Positions 9,557-18,913 of a stretch of DNA of 64,000 bases are shown here, one piece after another. The notes under the pieces are model-generated. The model had not been told where the DNA came from and did no database searches. It saw only the letters and a list, made by a program, of their open reading frames with translations. Numbering within the stretch: the stretch's first letter is position 1; the number at the start of each line of letters is the position of its first letter. The position numbers were made by a program, and so were the translations under genes. The stretch comes from Candidatus Marinacidobacterium sp. (GTDB taxonomy: Bacteria; Acidobacteriota; Vicinamibacteria; Marinacidobacterales; Marinacidobacteraceae), in NCBI GenBank assembly GCA_965204755.1, contig OZ242011.1, positions 2,432,001 to 2,496,000 on the forward strand, written 5' to 3'.

Positions 9557-10422
9557 TTGTGACACATCAGGCACAGGTCGTCCTCGTCGTCGCCGAGCGC
9601 CTCGTAACCGAAGGCCTGGCCGAGGGTCTTCGGGCGGCGTCTCGCCGCGCGGCGCTCCCGATCCTTCGCTTCCCGGTCGAGGATCTGCTGCGTGCGGGCC
9701 GGGTCTTCGATCTGCGTGAGGCTCTCGTGACTCACCCAGGTGTATCCCTCTTCCTCCTTCTCGTAGGCCTTGGCCTTCTCGTAGAGGTCGGGGTGTTCCC
9801 GGCGCAGCCGCACCCACTCGCCGCGCTGCTGGAAGAAGCAGAAGTAGCAGCCGGAGCGGGAACGCCATTCGTAGTACTTCGGCACGCCGACGCCGCTGGT
9901 TTCCAGCAGGCGCAGGACATCGCCCTTGGCGAGTCCGTCCTCCTTGAACGGGAAGACCGCGGTGATGTTGGGTTTCGTGGAGATGTAGCCGCCGCGGTTC
10001 TCGTCGGCGCGGATGCCGACATAGAGGAGCGTGGGGTCGTCGCCGACATACTTCTCGAAGGGCTCGATCTTGAGCAGCCGGGTGCACCACCTGGCGCTGG
10101 GCGAGGGCAGGAAGCCGCCGTAGAGTTTGAGGAAGTGGTCGAAGCCGCGGTCGCCGTGTTCCGAAGCGAGGCGGACGATGGGGCGGCCGAGCCGCGCTTC
10201 GATGCGGGCCAGGTACTCGTAGGTTTCGGGGAGTTCCTTGTGGGTATCGCAGAAGAGGTACTCGTAGTCGGTTTCGGGGTGCTTCTCGCGGAGGTAGAGC
10301 GCCAGCGCGGTCGAGTCCTTGCCGCCGGAGAGCGTCACGATGTGGCGCACGGCTTCCGAACCGTCGGCGGGAGCCCCAGCGCGGCCCGAGCGCGCGGCGT
10401 CCTCTTTCGTACCGGCGCTCAT
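9553..10422 (-). CDS. sspD: PAPS-reductase family protein, SspD-like
   Basis: LSGGKDS PP-loop, RWCTRLLKIEPF, GIRADE, RSRSGCYFCFFQ, C-terminal CLMCHK; lies between the ATPase and the desulfurase. Confidence 0.85.
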   Translation of the reverse strand: MSAGTKEDAARSGRAGAPADGSEAVRHIVTLSGGKDSTALALYLREKHPETDYEYLFCDTHKELPETYEYLARIEARLGRPIVRLASEHGDRGFDHFLKLYGGFLPSPSARWCTRLLKIEPFEKYVGDDPTLLYVGIRADENRGGYISTKPNITAVFPFKEDGLAKGDVLRLLETSGVGVPKYYEWRSRSGCYFCFFQQRGEWVRLRREHPDLYEKAKAYEKEEEGYTWVSHESLTQIEDPARTQQILDREAKDRERRAARRRPKTLGQAFGYEALGDDEDDLCLMCHK

Positions 10423-13400
10423 GCGTCAGGCCTCGGGCGGGGCGGTCCGACGGCAGGTTCGATGAGCCGGGTCAACAGCGTGAGCGCGGCTTGGTGTTCC
10501 TGCGGCGTGTAGCGCGCCATCGCGCCGCGCCAGTCTTCGAACAGGCGCTCGGCCGCCCCGTTGCCGTTCGCTGCGCCGTTGGCGGGGGCGCCGTTGCCGT
10601 TCGCCGCACCGTTGGCGGGGGCGCCGTTCCCCTCCGCCGCCGCGGCCCTCGACGAAACGCCCTCCGCGGCGCGGGAATCCACCAAGCGGCCCAGCCGAGC
10701 CATCTCGTGGGCCAGCAGCCGGATGCGCGCTTCCGCCCGCTCCGCCCGGTCGTCGTTCCAGCGGTCCGCCGGGAGCCCGTCGCCCAGCGGGAGCGCGAGC
10801 GTCTCCCGCCAGTCCGTCCGGTCGTCGTCGGTCCGGAGCGCCGCTTCGAGGAATTGCCTCAGGGTCAACTCGGTGGCGTGCTCCCGCAGCCGCATCGCCT
10901 CCTCGCGCAGTCGGCGCGGGAGGTCGGCGTCCGTCTCCGCCCGTTCCGCCGGCGCTCCCCCGGCCCCGGATTCCGCCGCGACCGCCCGGCCGAGTTCGCG
11001 TTCGAGCCGCCGGAGCAGCGACGGGTAGGCCGCGCCGATCTCCTCGACCGCCATCCCCAACCGGGCCGCGTACTCGGCGCCGTCCGTCCGCCCTCGCGTC
11101 GGCGAGGCCAGGCCCAGCGCCTTCGGGAGGTCGCGGAGGACCAGGTCGCGCGGATCCCGGGCGGACAGCAACTCGTCGCGGACGCGGCGGGAGTCGTCGC
11201 CGATCCGTCGCGTCTGCCGGGCGTACGCGGGCAGGCGAACGGCGCCGCCCACGAGCCGGCGCGTGACCGCGAGCAGCCGCTGGTCGTCCCGCGCGGAGTC
11301 CGGGACGCCGAAGGCGCGGCCGACAGCCCGCAACACCCGCCGCTCGGCCGGGCGGAACCGCAGTGACCGGAGCGCGAAGGTCTCCGGGCGGCGGATGAGG
11401 CGCTCCAGCGTCTCGATGCCGGTGTCCGGGACGAACAGCCCGTCCTCGTAGAGCGCGACGCGGTCGCCGAACACCCGGAGGTAGAGCGCGAGCAGCACCG
11501 GGAACGGCCCGGAGCGCAGCCCGAACGGGGGCGCTTCCAACCGGGCGATGAGGTCGGTGAGCGGCCTCGGCGCCTCGGCCGCTTGCCGGACGAACTCCGA
11601 GATCGCCTTCCACACCGGCTTCCAGGCCGGCGCGGTCGGCGAATCCAACCGGAACGACCCGTCGCGGCGCCTCCGGTGGAAGCCGCCCGCCTCGACCAGC
11701 GAGCAGTACATGCTGAACTCCGGCGGGAAACCCCGGATTCCCAACCGCTCTTCGGCGCTCCCGGCGACGATGCGCTCGATCAGGTTCCGCCGCCCGGCGG
11801 CCGCCGCCGCCGACAGCGCGCTGCGGTTCAGCAACTCGTTGCGCAGCGGCGGCGCCTCGGCGTACTCCTCGTCGCAGAGGCGGGTGAGGCGCGCCTGGAG
11901 CGCCCGCGGCCCGGTCAACTCGGTCGCCTCGTCGCCGGCGAAGAACCAGCGCCAATGTGACGGGTCGAGGACATGGCCGGAGAGGCCGAGCGCCGGGCCG
12001 GCGGCCTCCTCGAACCGCCGCCGCGCCGCGTCCTCGCGTTCGGCGGCTTCCCGGCGGGCGGCTTCGTCGCCGGCGAGTTCGGGGACCCGCTCCCGCACCT
12101 GCCGCCAGGCCTCCACTTCGTCGAGGGCCGCGCCGAGCGCCTCCGGCTTCCGCGAGACCGCCACGACCACCGGCCGGCCCGGCGGCCGCTCGCCGAAGAG
12201 ACTCGCTCGCTCGCTGTCTCCGTCCCCCGCGCCGCGGCCGCCGGCCGCCCGCGCCCGGGCCGGCGGAAGGTCCCCGAGGACGAAGAGCAGGATCCCGTCG
12301 GCGGCGGCGGGTTCGGCGAGCGCTTCGTCGAGGGCGTCCGGCGCGGTGAGGCGCGGCTCGAACCAGCGGAGCGTCCCGGTGCGGACGCTGTGCTCGCGGG
12401 CCACCGGGGGCCGGGGTTCGCTGACGCGGCGGAGCCGCTCGTGGAGCGGCGCGGGCTCCCGCTCGGCGAGCGCCTGCGCCAGCGAGTCGTCGAGGTCGAG
12501 GTCGGAGCCCTCCCAGAGCCCGTAGGCCGAACGGTGCCGCCGCCAGAGCGCGATGGACTCCCGGGTGAGACCGGCGAGCGCCGCGCGAACCGCCTTCGGC
12601 GGGCGGTCGTCCAGCGCGGTCTCCAGGGTCTCCCGGTCCGGGCGCAGCCCGACGGGGTCCCCGTAGAGCGTGAGCAGGCCGATGGCCTTGACCAGGTCGG
12701 CGGCGAGCGGCGGCGCGTCCGCCGGCACGCGGTCGAGCGCCCCGGCGATGAGGCGGAAGCGGCGCGCGTCCGGGCCGCTGAACGCGGCGGAACCCAGCGC
12801 CTCCACCGCGTAGTCGTAGAGCCGGGGCAGGCGGAAGAACGGTGGCGGGGTCCCCGGGGCGACGGTCTCCTCGTCGAGGAACCGGCGGAAGCCATAGGGC
12901 TCGTGGCTGGTCAGGAAGGCGAACAGCGAGCGCTCGTTCTGCGCCGCCTTGCTGCGGAACAGCGGCCAGAGCAGCAGGGCCGTCGTCGCGTGGAGCGGGG
13001 CGCAGGCGGCCACGCGGGCCGGCGCGGCGGGCGGGCGGCGGCTCCGGCGGTGGAGCGTCCCGGCGAGGGCGGCGGCGCGCGCCGCGTAGGGGTCCTCCGC
13101 GGCGTCCTTCTCCGGCGCCCGGCCCAGCGCGGCGGCGATCAGGTCGAGGACCTGGTCGTCGGGGAGGGCGAAGGGGAGGTCCTGGAACCGGCCTTGGACC
13201 TTCTGCCACTCGGCGCGGCGGCGGGCGGAGGCGCCGGCGCCGGGGAGGTAGTCGGAGAAGCCCGAGTGGAGCGCGCCGATGAGCAGCAGCGGCCGTTCGC
13301 TCCGCGCCGCGGCTTCCGCGAGTTGCTGGAGGAAGAAGATGTCCTCGGTGTCCTCGCCGGCGGCGAATTCGAGGTACTTGCCGAGTTCGTCGAGGACGAG

Positions 13401-13976
13401 CAGCAGCCCGCCCGGGCTTTGGGCCGCGGCTTCGGAGAGCAGCGCGGCGCACTTGGCGCCGGACGGCGCGGCGCTCCGCGCGAGGGCCAGCGCCCGGCGG
13501 CGGATCGTCGGGAGGCCGGCGGCGGCGAGCGAGCCGGCGACGGCCGGGATCAGCGGGGCGGCCTCCGCCTGGAGCAGCAGGGGGGTGAGCGGCGCGGCGC
13601 GCTTCGGGAAGAGGTCGCCGCGCAGCCGCTCCGCTTCCGGGTGCTCCGGGGCCCTCCGGGCCAGCAGGTCGGCGAGGAAGAGGAGGAACGAGGACTTGCC
13701 CGAGCCGTAGGGGCCGGTGAGCGTCCAAGCGCGGGCTCCTCCGGGAGTCGTCAGGTCTTCGAGGATTTGGCGGGCGGTCTCCCGGATGGCGCCGGTGACC
13801 ACATAGCCGCCGGGGGCGTCCCGGTTCTCCCAGTCGCGGGGGAGGTGCGCCGAGCGGTGGAAGCGGAGGGGCGGCCGCACCAGGGCCCGGAGCGGGCGCG
13901 GCGCCGGCCGGGAAGTCGTCTGCCGGGCCGGGCGCGGTTTCGCCGCGGCGGCCGGGCGGCTCAGTTTCGATACCAC
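10419..13976 (-). CDS. sspC: Large P-loop ATPase, SspC-like (~1185 aa)
   Basis: TGPYGSGKSS Walker A, LVLDELGKYLE Walker B, FLQQLAE, EWQKVQGRF, AQNERSLFAFL, PPFGLRSG. Confidence 0.82.
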   Translation of the reverse strand: MVSKLSRPAAAAKPRPARQTTSRPAPRPLRALVRPPLRFHRSAHLPRDWENRDAPGGYVVTGAIRETARQILEDLTTPGGARAWTLTGPYGSGKSSFLLFLADLLARRAPEHPEAERLRGDLFPKRAAPLTPLLLQAEAAPLIPAVAGSLAAAGLPTIRRRALALARSAAPSGAKCAALLSEAAAQSPGGLLLVLDELGKYLEFAAGEDTEDIFFLQQLAEAAARSERPLLLIGALHSGFSDYLPGAGASARRRAEWQKVQGRFQDLPFALPDDQVLDLIAAALGRAPEKDAAEDPYAARAAALAGTLHRRSRRPPAAPARVAACAPLHATTALLLWPLFRSKAAQNERSLFAFLTSHEPYGFRRFLDEETVAPGTPPPFFRLPRLYDYAVEALGSAAFSGPDARRFRLIAGALDRVPADAPPLAADLVKAIGLLTLYGDPVGLRPDRETLETALDDRPPKAVRAALAGLTRESIALWRRHRSAYGLWEGSDLDLDDSLAQALAEREPAPLHERLRRVSEPRPPVAREHSVRTGTLRWFEPRLTAPDALDEALAEPAAADGILLFVLGDLPPARARAAGGRGAGDGDSERASLFGERPPGRPVVVAVSRKPEALGAALDEVEAWRQVRERVPELAGDEAARREAAEREDAARRRFEEAAGPALGLSGHVLDPSHWRWFFAGDEATELTGPRALQARLTRLCDEEYAEAPPLRNELLNRSALSAAAAAGRRNLIERIVAGSAEERLGIRGFPPEFSMYCSLVEAGGFHRRRRDGSFRLDSPTAPAWKPVWKAISEFVRQAAEAPRPLTDLIARLEAPPFGLRSGPFPVLLALYLRVFGDRVALYEDGLFVPDTGIETLERLIRRPETFALRSLRFRPAERRVLRAVGRAFGVPDSARDDQRLLAVTRRLVGGAVRLPAYARQTRRIGDDSRRVRDELLSARDPRDLVLRDLPKALGLASPTRGRTDGAEYAARLGMAVEEIGAAYPSLLRRLERELGRAVAAESGAGGAPAERAETDADLPRRLREEAMRLREHATELTLRQFLEAALRTDDDRTDWRETLALPLGDGLPADRWNDDRAERAEARIRLLAHEMARLGRLVDSRAAEGVSSRAAAAEGNGAPANGAANGNGAPANGAANGNGAAERLFEDWRGAMARYTPQEHQAALTLLTRLIEPAVGPPRPRPDA
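10558..10628. repeat. 33-bp in-frame tandem duplication (NGAPANGAANG x2) in the SspC C-terminal tail
   Basis: 10558-10590 and 10591-10623 differ at only two positions. Confidence 0.85.
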
Positions 13977-15056
13977 CGTTCGAGGAGGGAGAGCGGGCGC
14001 GGGGCGCCGCGGCGGTGGAGTCCGCGGAGTCCGGCGGTCTCGTCGTAGCGGAGGCCGGTGTCCTTCGGGAGGCGCTCGAGAGCGGCGACCAGACTGCGGT
14101 CGTCGAGCCGGAAGGCCGCGCCGGGGCTGCCGGGGTGGAAGAGGAGCCGTTCGAGGGTCAGCGTCTGCTGTCCGGCGGCCCTCGCGTCCCAGAACTCGAG
14201 GACGGCGAAGGCGAGTACGGCGTCGGGCAGGCTGGGCCGGGGGCCGCGCGGGATCGCGTAGCGGCGGCCCGCGAGCGGGCGGATCAGGCCGAGTTCGGCC
14301 AGCGGGCAGTCGAAGGACTCTTCCACCGGCCGGCGGCGGTCGTTCTTCGGCGGCAGGTAGGTGCGCAGGAAGACATCCACATCCCGGCGGATCGAGGACA
14401 GCGAGACCGCGCGGCCCGGCGGCGCGGCGTTCCGGGCCTGGAGGAGGAGCCACTGCGCCAGCCCCTCGCGGGTGAACGAGGACTCCGGGAACCGGGTGAA
14501 CGCCAGGCGCCAGGTGGACGCCGGCGCCGTCGGCGCCGTGAGACGCCAGTGGAGCAGCCAGAGGGTCCCGGGGTCTTCCAGGAACGGGTCTGCGCCCGAA
14601 AGGGCGTCAGCGGCGCTCTCAGCGCCGTTCAGCGACTGGTGAGAGTGGAGTCCCGGTGATTTCTGGGGGGGGGGGGGGGGGGGGTAGGTTGGTTCGGAGG
14701 TCGGGGCCGGCGCCGAGGAGGAGCGTTCCGAGGTCGGTCAGGCGGGCCTCGCGGCCCCGGTCGCGCGGCGTTCGGCCGCGAGCCCCGGCGGCGAATCGGA
14801 TCAGTCCGGCGGCGGCGCACCAGTGCCGGATGGAGGCGACCATGTTCTTCCCGACGCCGAGCCGGGCGAGCGCGTCCGGGCGGGCGAAGAGGGCGGGGTC
14901 TTCGTGGATCGCGGCGGCGGCCTTGGCGAACCAGCCGTGCCGGAACGGGAAGGTCTGATGCCCGGTGAACCGGTAGGCGGGGTCGGCCGCCGCGCCGGGG
15001 ACGGGGCCGCCGGGAGCGCGGGCGGCGGTTCCGGCGAGCGACCCGGTGGGAGGCAC
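13961..15056 (-). pseudogene. sspB: DUF4007/SspB-like gene frameshifted at a C20 tract (phase-OFF allele or sequencing error)
   Basis: N-half FTGHQTFPFRHGW..LGVGKNMVASIRHW in one frame; DPFLEDPGTLWLLHW..FDCPLAELGL..SPGAAFRL..DETAGL in another; removing one C joins them into ~364 aa. Confidence 0.85.
14665..14684. repeat. G20 homopolymer (C20 on the coding strand)
   Basis: Counted 20 consecutive G at 14665-14684. Confidence 0.95.
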
Positions 15057-15435
15057 GGAGGGCTTCGGCGAAGGGGGTTCCGGAGACGGGCGGGCGGCGC
15101 TCCGGGAACCGGGCGGGATTATTCCATTTCGGGCGGCGGAGGGCGGGGTCGGGCGTCGTTCCGCTGCGAGGGGCGGCGCGGAGGGAGCGTGCCGACGGTC
15201 TCGGCAGCGGCCGGCTGCCGAGCGGGATCGAGGCCCGAGGTCGCGCTGTGGCTCGGAGAGGAGCCGTCGGTCGGCGAAGAGAGGTCCGGCGCGCGGCGAC
15301 AGCGAGGAGGGAGTCGGCAAGAAGTGTCCGTGTCCGTTGTGGCGACGGTCATCTTCGTCCGATGGGTGGACGGAAAGTGTCATCCCTTCGTTCGGCGCGT
15401 CCGTCGGCGTCTCGCAGCCCGGGTCGTGGTTCCGG

Positions 15436-16371
15436 TCAGCGGCCTCGGGGCTCGCCCCGGAAGACCTGCTTCCGATGCCATGCCACGAACTCGGCGCTCG
15501 GGAGGAACTTCCCCTCCTGCGGCGGTCGGAGCGGGCGACCGCGGGCGTCCACGAGTTGGCGGAAGACCTCGCCTTGACCGCTCAGATTCCGGGACACGAG
15601 AAGGACGAAGCCGGCGCCGGCTTCGCGTTCGAGGCCGATGGCGCCCCGGTCGAGGGCGCGGTGGTGGAAGGCGCAGAGCGCGAGCCCGTTCGGGATCGTG
15701 TCGGGGCCTCCGTGGGAATGCCAGCGGATGTGGGCCGCATCGAGCCCGAAGAGATCGTCGGAGAGACGGATGTCGTAGTCGCACACCGCGCAGCGGCGCT
15801 CGTAGGCCGTGAGCACCAACTCCCGGAAGCGCGGGTCGCGCGGCCTTCGGCGCGCGGCGTCGAAGATCGTGTCTTCATGGCTCATGACCTCGTCGAGGCC
15901 GACCTCGTTCCGTATCGCTTGGTGCAGGGACTCCGGGAAATGGTCGGTGAGCAACCGGTTCGCGGCGCGCTCGACGAGTTCGCGATCGGCGAGCAACAGG
16001 CTCTGCAGCGACTCCGGGAACCCGCCCGCCACGGCGTGTTCCCGAAGATACTTCGCTCGGAGGTCGTCCCAACTGGTCTTGGCCTTTTCGGGCAGGGTCT
16101 CGAAACCCGGAATCTCCCAGAGTCCGTCCGTAAGCAGCCGTCGGAACGGATGTTCGGGATGGTGCCGTTTCCTCGGCGGGCCGAACCGTTCGAGCAGTCC
16201 GCTCAGTGGTCTCTCGATTTCGCGGCCGAAGTCGTGGAGGCGCGACGCCTCGCCCCTCGCCACGCGACCGAGCGCGAGCAGCAGAAGCAGCGGCTTGTGC
16301 GGCGCTCGTTTGCCTCCCTTCCGATGGACCCTCAGCCCGTCGAGACGGCGAAGGAACTCTTCGGGCGTCAT
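15436..16371 (-). CDS. SBD-HNH-like putative phosphorothioate-dependent restriction endonuclease
   Basis: N-terminal RAPHKPLLLLLAL and PEHPFRRL (sulfur-binding-domain-like); C-terminal FRELVLTAYERRCAVC, AAHI, NGLALCAFHH HNH. Confidence 0.8.
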   Translation of the reverse strand: MTPEEFLRRLDGLRVHRKGGKRAPHKPLLLLLALGRVARGEASRLHDFGREIERPLSGLLERFGPPRKRHHPEHPFRRLLTDGLWEIPGFETLPEKAKTSWDDLRAKYLREHAVAGGFPESLQSLLLADRELVERAANRLLTDHFPESLHQAIRNEVGLDEVMSHEDTIFDAARRRPRDPRFRELVLTAYERRCAVCDYDIRLSDDLFGLDAAHIRWHSHGGPDTIPNGLALCAFHHRALDRGAIGLEREAGAGFVLLVSRNLSGQGEVFRQLVDARGRPLRPPQEGKFLPSAEFVAWHRKQVFRGEPRGR

Positions 16372-16382
16372 CGCGTATCGAG

Positions 16383-16835
16383 TCAGTCGTTCGTTTCAGT
16401 AAGTCGGCGGTGGTCCTCCCGCGAGCGGGAGAGGGCGCGGTTGGCCAGGTTGATCGGGTCTTCGTTGCCGGTGAGTCCGAAGCCCTTCTCCTCGAGCATC
16501 TCGCTGACGCGTTCGCATTCGGCCCAGTAGGCCTGCTCGGCGCGTTCCTTCGCTTCCGGGCCGTCGTCGGGGTTCCACGAGGGGCCCATGGCGGGCAGCG
16601 CGTCCAGGCCGGTGACCCGGCCGTCCTCGTGGATGCGGACATGACGGTCGTTCGTCATGCGGTGCATGGCGTAGTAATCCAGGAACTCCCCGTCCTCGTC
16701 CCGGTCGAAGAGGAACCAGATCGCCCAACCTTGGTCGAGGATCTGCCCGCGCTCCCGCTGCCGGACGGCGCCGGCGGGCAGGCGTATGCCCCAGTGGTCG
16801 AACATGTCGCCGAAGATGGTTTCGATGCGTTCCAT
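16383..16835 (-). CDS. Hypothetical acidic protein (150 aa)
   Basis: GGAGG upstream of the ATG; ends 11 bp before the HNH start; no recognised motif. Confidence 0.65.
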   Translation of the reverse strand: MERIETIFGDMFDHWGIRLPAGAVRQRERGQILDQGWAIWFLFDRDEDGEFLDYYAMHRMTNDRHVRIHEDGRVTGLDALPAMGPSWNPDDGPEAKERAEQAYWAECERVSEMLEEKGFGLTGNEDPINLANRALSRSREDHRRLTETND

Positions 16836-16898
16836 GGTGCGTTCCCTCCGGATCCCCCGCGCCGGTCGAGGCGCGGCCCGAATGGTAGAGGCCGCGCC

Positions 16899-18008
16899 TC
16901 AGACCTTGAAGTAGATCCGGCGGCGGTCGAGGAAGACCGCGACCCCGATCCAGAGCGCCGTGTGGGTGAGCGCGAAGCCCAGGGAACCGTGGAGCGGGCC
17001 GAGCCACGAAGCGAAGACCGACTCCCAGATCCGGGTATGCGCCGAGCCCGCGCCGGGCGCCGGGAACAGCAGCAGGGTCTTCGCCAGCAGGCCCGAACCC
17101 ACGAAGATCAGGATGGAGTTTTTCCCCGCCGCCTCGGCCCAGCGGATGAAGGGTCGGCCCCATCGCGGCGGCTCCCCGCCGTAGTCGAGCAGGTTCGCCG
17201 AGAGGGCGAGGCAGGAGAGCGCGATGCCTCCCGTGAACACCGCGTAGGAACTCGTCCACAGGTTCTTGTTGATCGGCAGCCAGAAACTCCAGATCCACCC
17301 GGCGCTCAGGAGGACGAATCCGGCGCCGAGCAACCCGGAGGTCTTTTCCGCCGGCGAACGCCCGCTTCGCAGGTACGCGCCGGCGAACACGCCGATGAGC
17401 GCGCTGGCGATCGCCGGAACGGTGGAGAGGACGCCCTCCGGATCCCAACTGCCCTGGTAGAGGCTGCCGGGGAGCAGGACGCGGTCGAGGTATGCCGCGA
17501 GGTTCGTCCCCGGCTCGAGGTCGCCGGCCCGTCCGCCCGGAGGCGGAACGAACGCCAGCGCCGCATGGAAGCCGGCGAGACACGCTCCGGTGAGCCAGAG
17601 CAGTCCGCGCCGCGAGAGGTAGAGGAACGCCGCTCCGGTGACCAGGTACGCCGCGCCGATCCGCTGCAGTACGCCGGGGAGCCGCAGGTCGGCGAGATCG
17701 AAGAACGGATAGGCGGCGAGCAGCAGGCCGAGCGCGACCAGGATCCCGCTCCGCCGCGCCACCCGCCCGAGCAGCCGCGCGCGCGGCGTCCCGGCTTCGA
17801 CCCGCGCCCCCAGCGAGAAGGGAATCGCCGCGCCGACGATGAACAGGAAGAACGGGAAGATCAGGTCGGTGGGCGTCCACCCGTGCCACGGCGCGTGGAG
17901 CAGCGCCGGATAGACATGGCTCCAACTCCCCGGGTTGTTCACCACGATCATCGAGACGATGGTGACCCCGCGAAAGTAGTCGAGGGAACGAAGCCGCGTC
18001 CGCATCAC
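16899..18008 (-). CDS. Heparan-alpha-glucosaminide N-acetyltransferase-like membrane acyltransferase
   Basis: RLRSLDYFRG, MIVVNNPG, HAPWHGWTPTDLIFPFFLF, GVLQRI, DPEG, PINKNLWT. Confidence 0.88.
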   Translation of the reverse strand: MMRTRLRSLDYFRGVTIVSMIVVNNPGSWSHVYPALLHAPWHGWTPTDLIFPFFLFIVGAAIPFSLGARVEAGTPRARLLGRVARRSGILVALGLLLAAYPFFDLADLRLPGVLQRIGAAYLVTGAAFLYLSRRGLLWLTGACLAGFHAALAFVPPPGGRAGDLEPGTNLAAYLDRVLLPGSLYQGSWDPEGVLSTVPAIASALIGVFAGAYLRSGRSPAEKTSGLLGAGFVLLSAGWIWSFWLPINKNLWTSSYAVFTGGIALSCLALSANLLDYGGEPPRWGRPFIRWAEAAGKNSILIFVGSGLLAKTLLLFPAPGAGSAHTRIWESVFASWLGPLHGSLGFALTHTALWIGVAVFLDRRRIYFKV

Positions 18009-18066
18009 CGGCGAAGGGTACGCGGGGCGTTCGCGCGGAGTCGGGCCTCGTGGTACAACGGGCGGC

Positions 18067-18894
18067 GTGGCTGGATCGAGCGACCCCCCGATCTCCCCGT
18101 CCGGCGGCGGGTTCTGGTTTCCGCGGACGCCGGCCGGCCGGGCCTCGCTGGTTTCGGCGCCGCCGTGGTTCTACTCGGGGGAGATGTTGACCATCGAGTA
18201 CCTGGCCGCGCCGGGCGCGGTGGCGGCGCTGCTGCCGCCGCCGCTCGCCGCGGTGACCGATCGGCCGGACGCGGTGGCGGCGATCTGGGCCGAGTGGCAG
18301 TGTTGTTCGGAGAGCGGCGAGGAACTGCTCGATCCGGTGCGCGCCCAGTACCGGGAATGCCTGCTCGTCGTCCGCTGCCGCTTCCGCGGCCGCGACTGGT
18401 CCCGGTGCGTCTTCATCTGGGTGGACAGCGACGCGTCGCTCGCTCGCGGCCACTTCCAGGGGTATCCGAAGAAACTCGGCGAGATCCGGATGACCCGGCC
18501 GGCGCTCGTCGGGCGCGCCGGGCCGAGGCTCGGTCCCGGCGGGCGGTTCGGAGCTACGGTCGCCGCCGGTTCGCGGCGGTTGCTGGAGGCGGAGTTCACC
18601 ATCACCGGCGAAGCGGAGTCCGCGGGTTTCGTGAACGCGCATCCCATGCTGCACCACCGGCTGATGCCGCGGGTGGAGGCCGACGGAAGCGACGCGTTCG
18701 CCGAACCGGTGGCGGTCGCTTCCGAAGATGTCGAGTTCGGGACGGCTTACACCGGTGACGCCGCGCTTCGGGTGTTTCCCTCACCGACCGAGGAACTCGA
18801 ACGGCTCGCCCCGCGAGAGGTGCTGGGCGGGTTCTGGCGGCGGGCGGGTTTCACCTTTCGCGGCGGGCGGAGTCTCGCCGCGGCGGGCGGCTGA
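18067..18894 (+). CDS. Acetoacetate decarboxylase family protein
   Basis: PPWFYSG, QYRECLL, IWVDSD, GYPKKLG. Confidence 0.85.
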   Translation: MAGSSDPPISPSGGGFWFPRTPAGRASLVSAPPWFYSGEMLTIEYLAAPGAVAALLPPPLAAVTDRPDAVAAIWAEWQCCSESGEELLDPVRAQYRECLLVVRCRFRGRDWSRCVFIWVDSDASLARGHFQGYPKKLGEIRMTRPALVGRAGPRLGPGGRFGATVAAGSRRLLEAEFTITGEAESAGFVNAHPMLHHRLMPRVEADGSDAFAEPVAVASEDVEFGTAYTGDAALRVFPSPTEELERLAPREVLGGFWRRAGFTFRGGRSLAAAGG

Positions 18895-18913
18895 GCCCGG
18901 GGAGGCCCACGGC

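Noticed and set aside
9553-10422. Sulfate-assimilation cysH
   Set aside because: No cys genes nearby; operon context and the CYFCFFQ motif point to DNA modification
8279-15056. Calling the locus BREX type 4 or classical dndABCDE
   Set aside because: No PglZ or BrxL; no SMC-like DndD or DndE; the DUF4007-ATPase-short PAPS reductase order fits Ssp
2310-16890. Integrative element or prophage
   Set aside because: No integrase, transposase, tRNA or flanking direct repeats were found by eye
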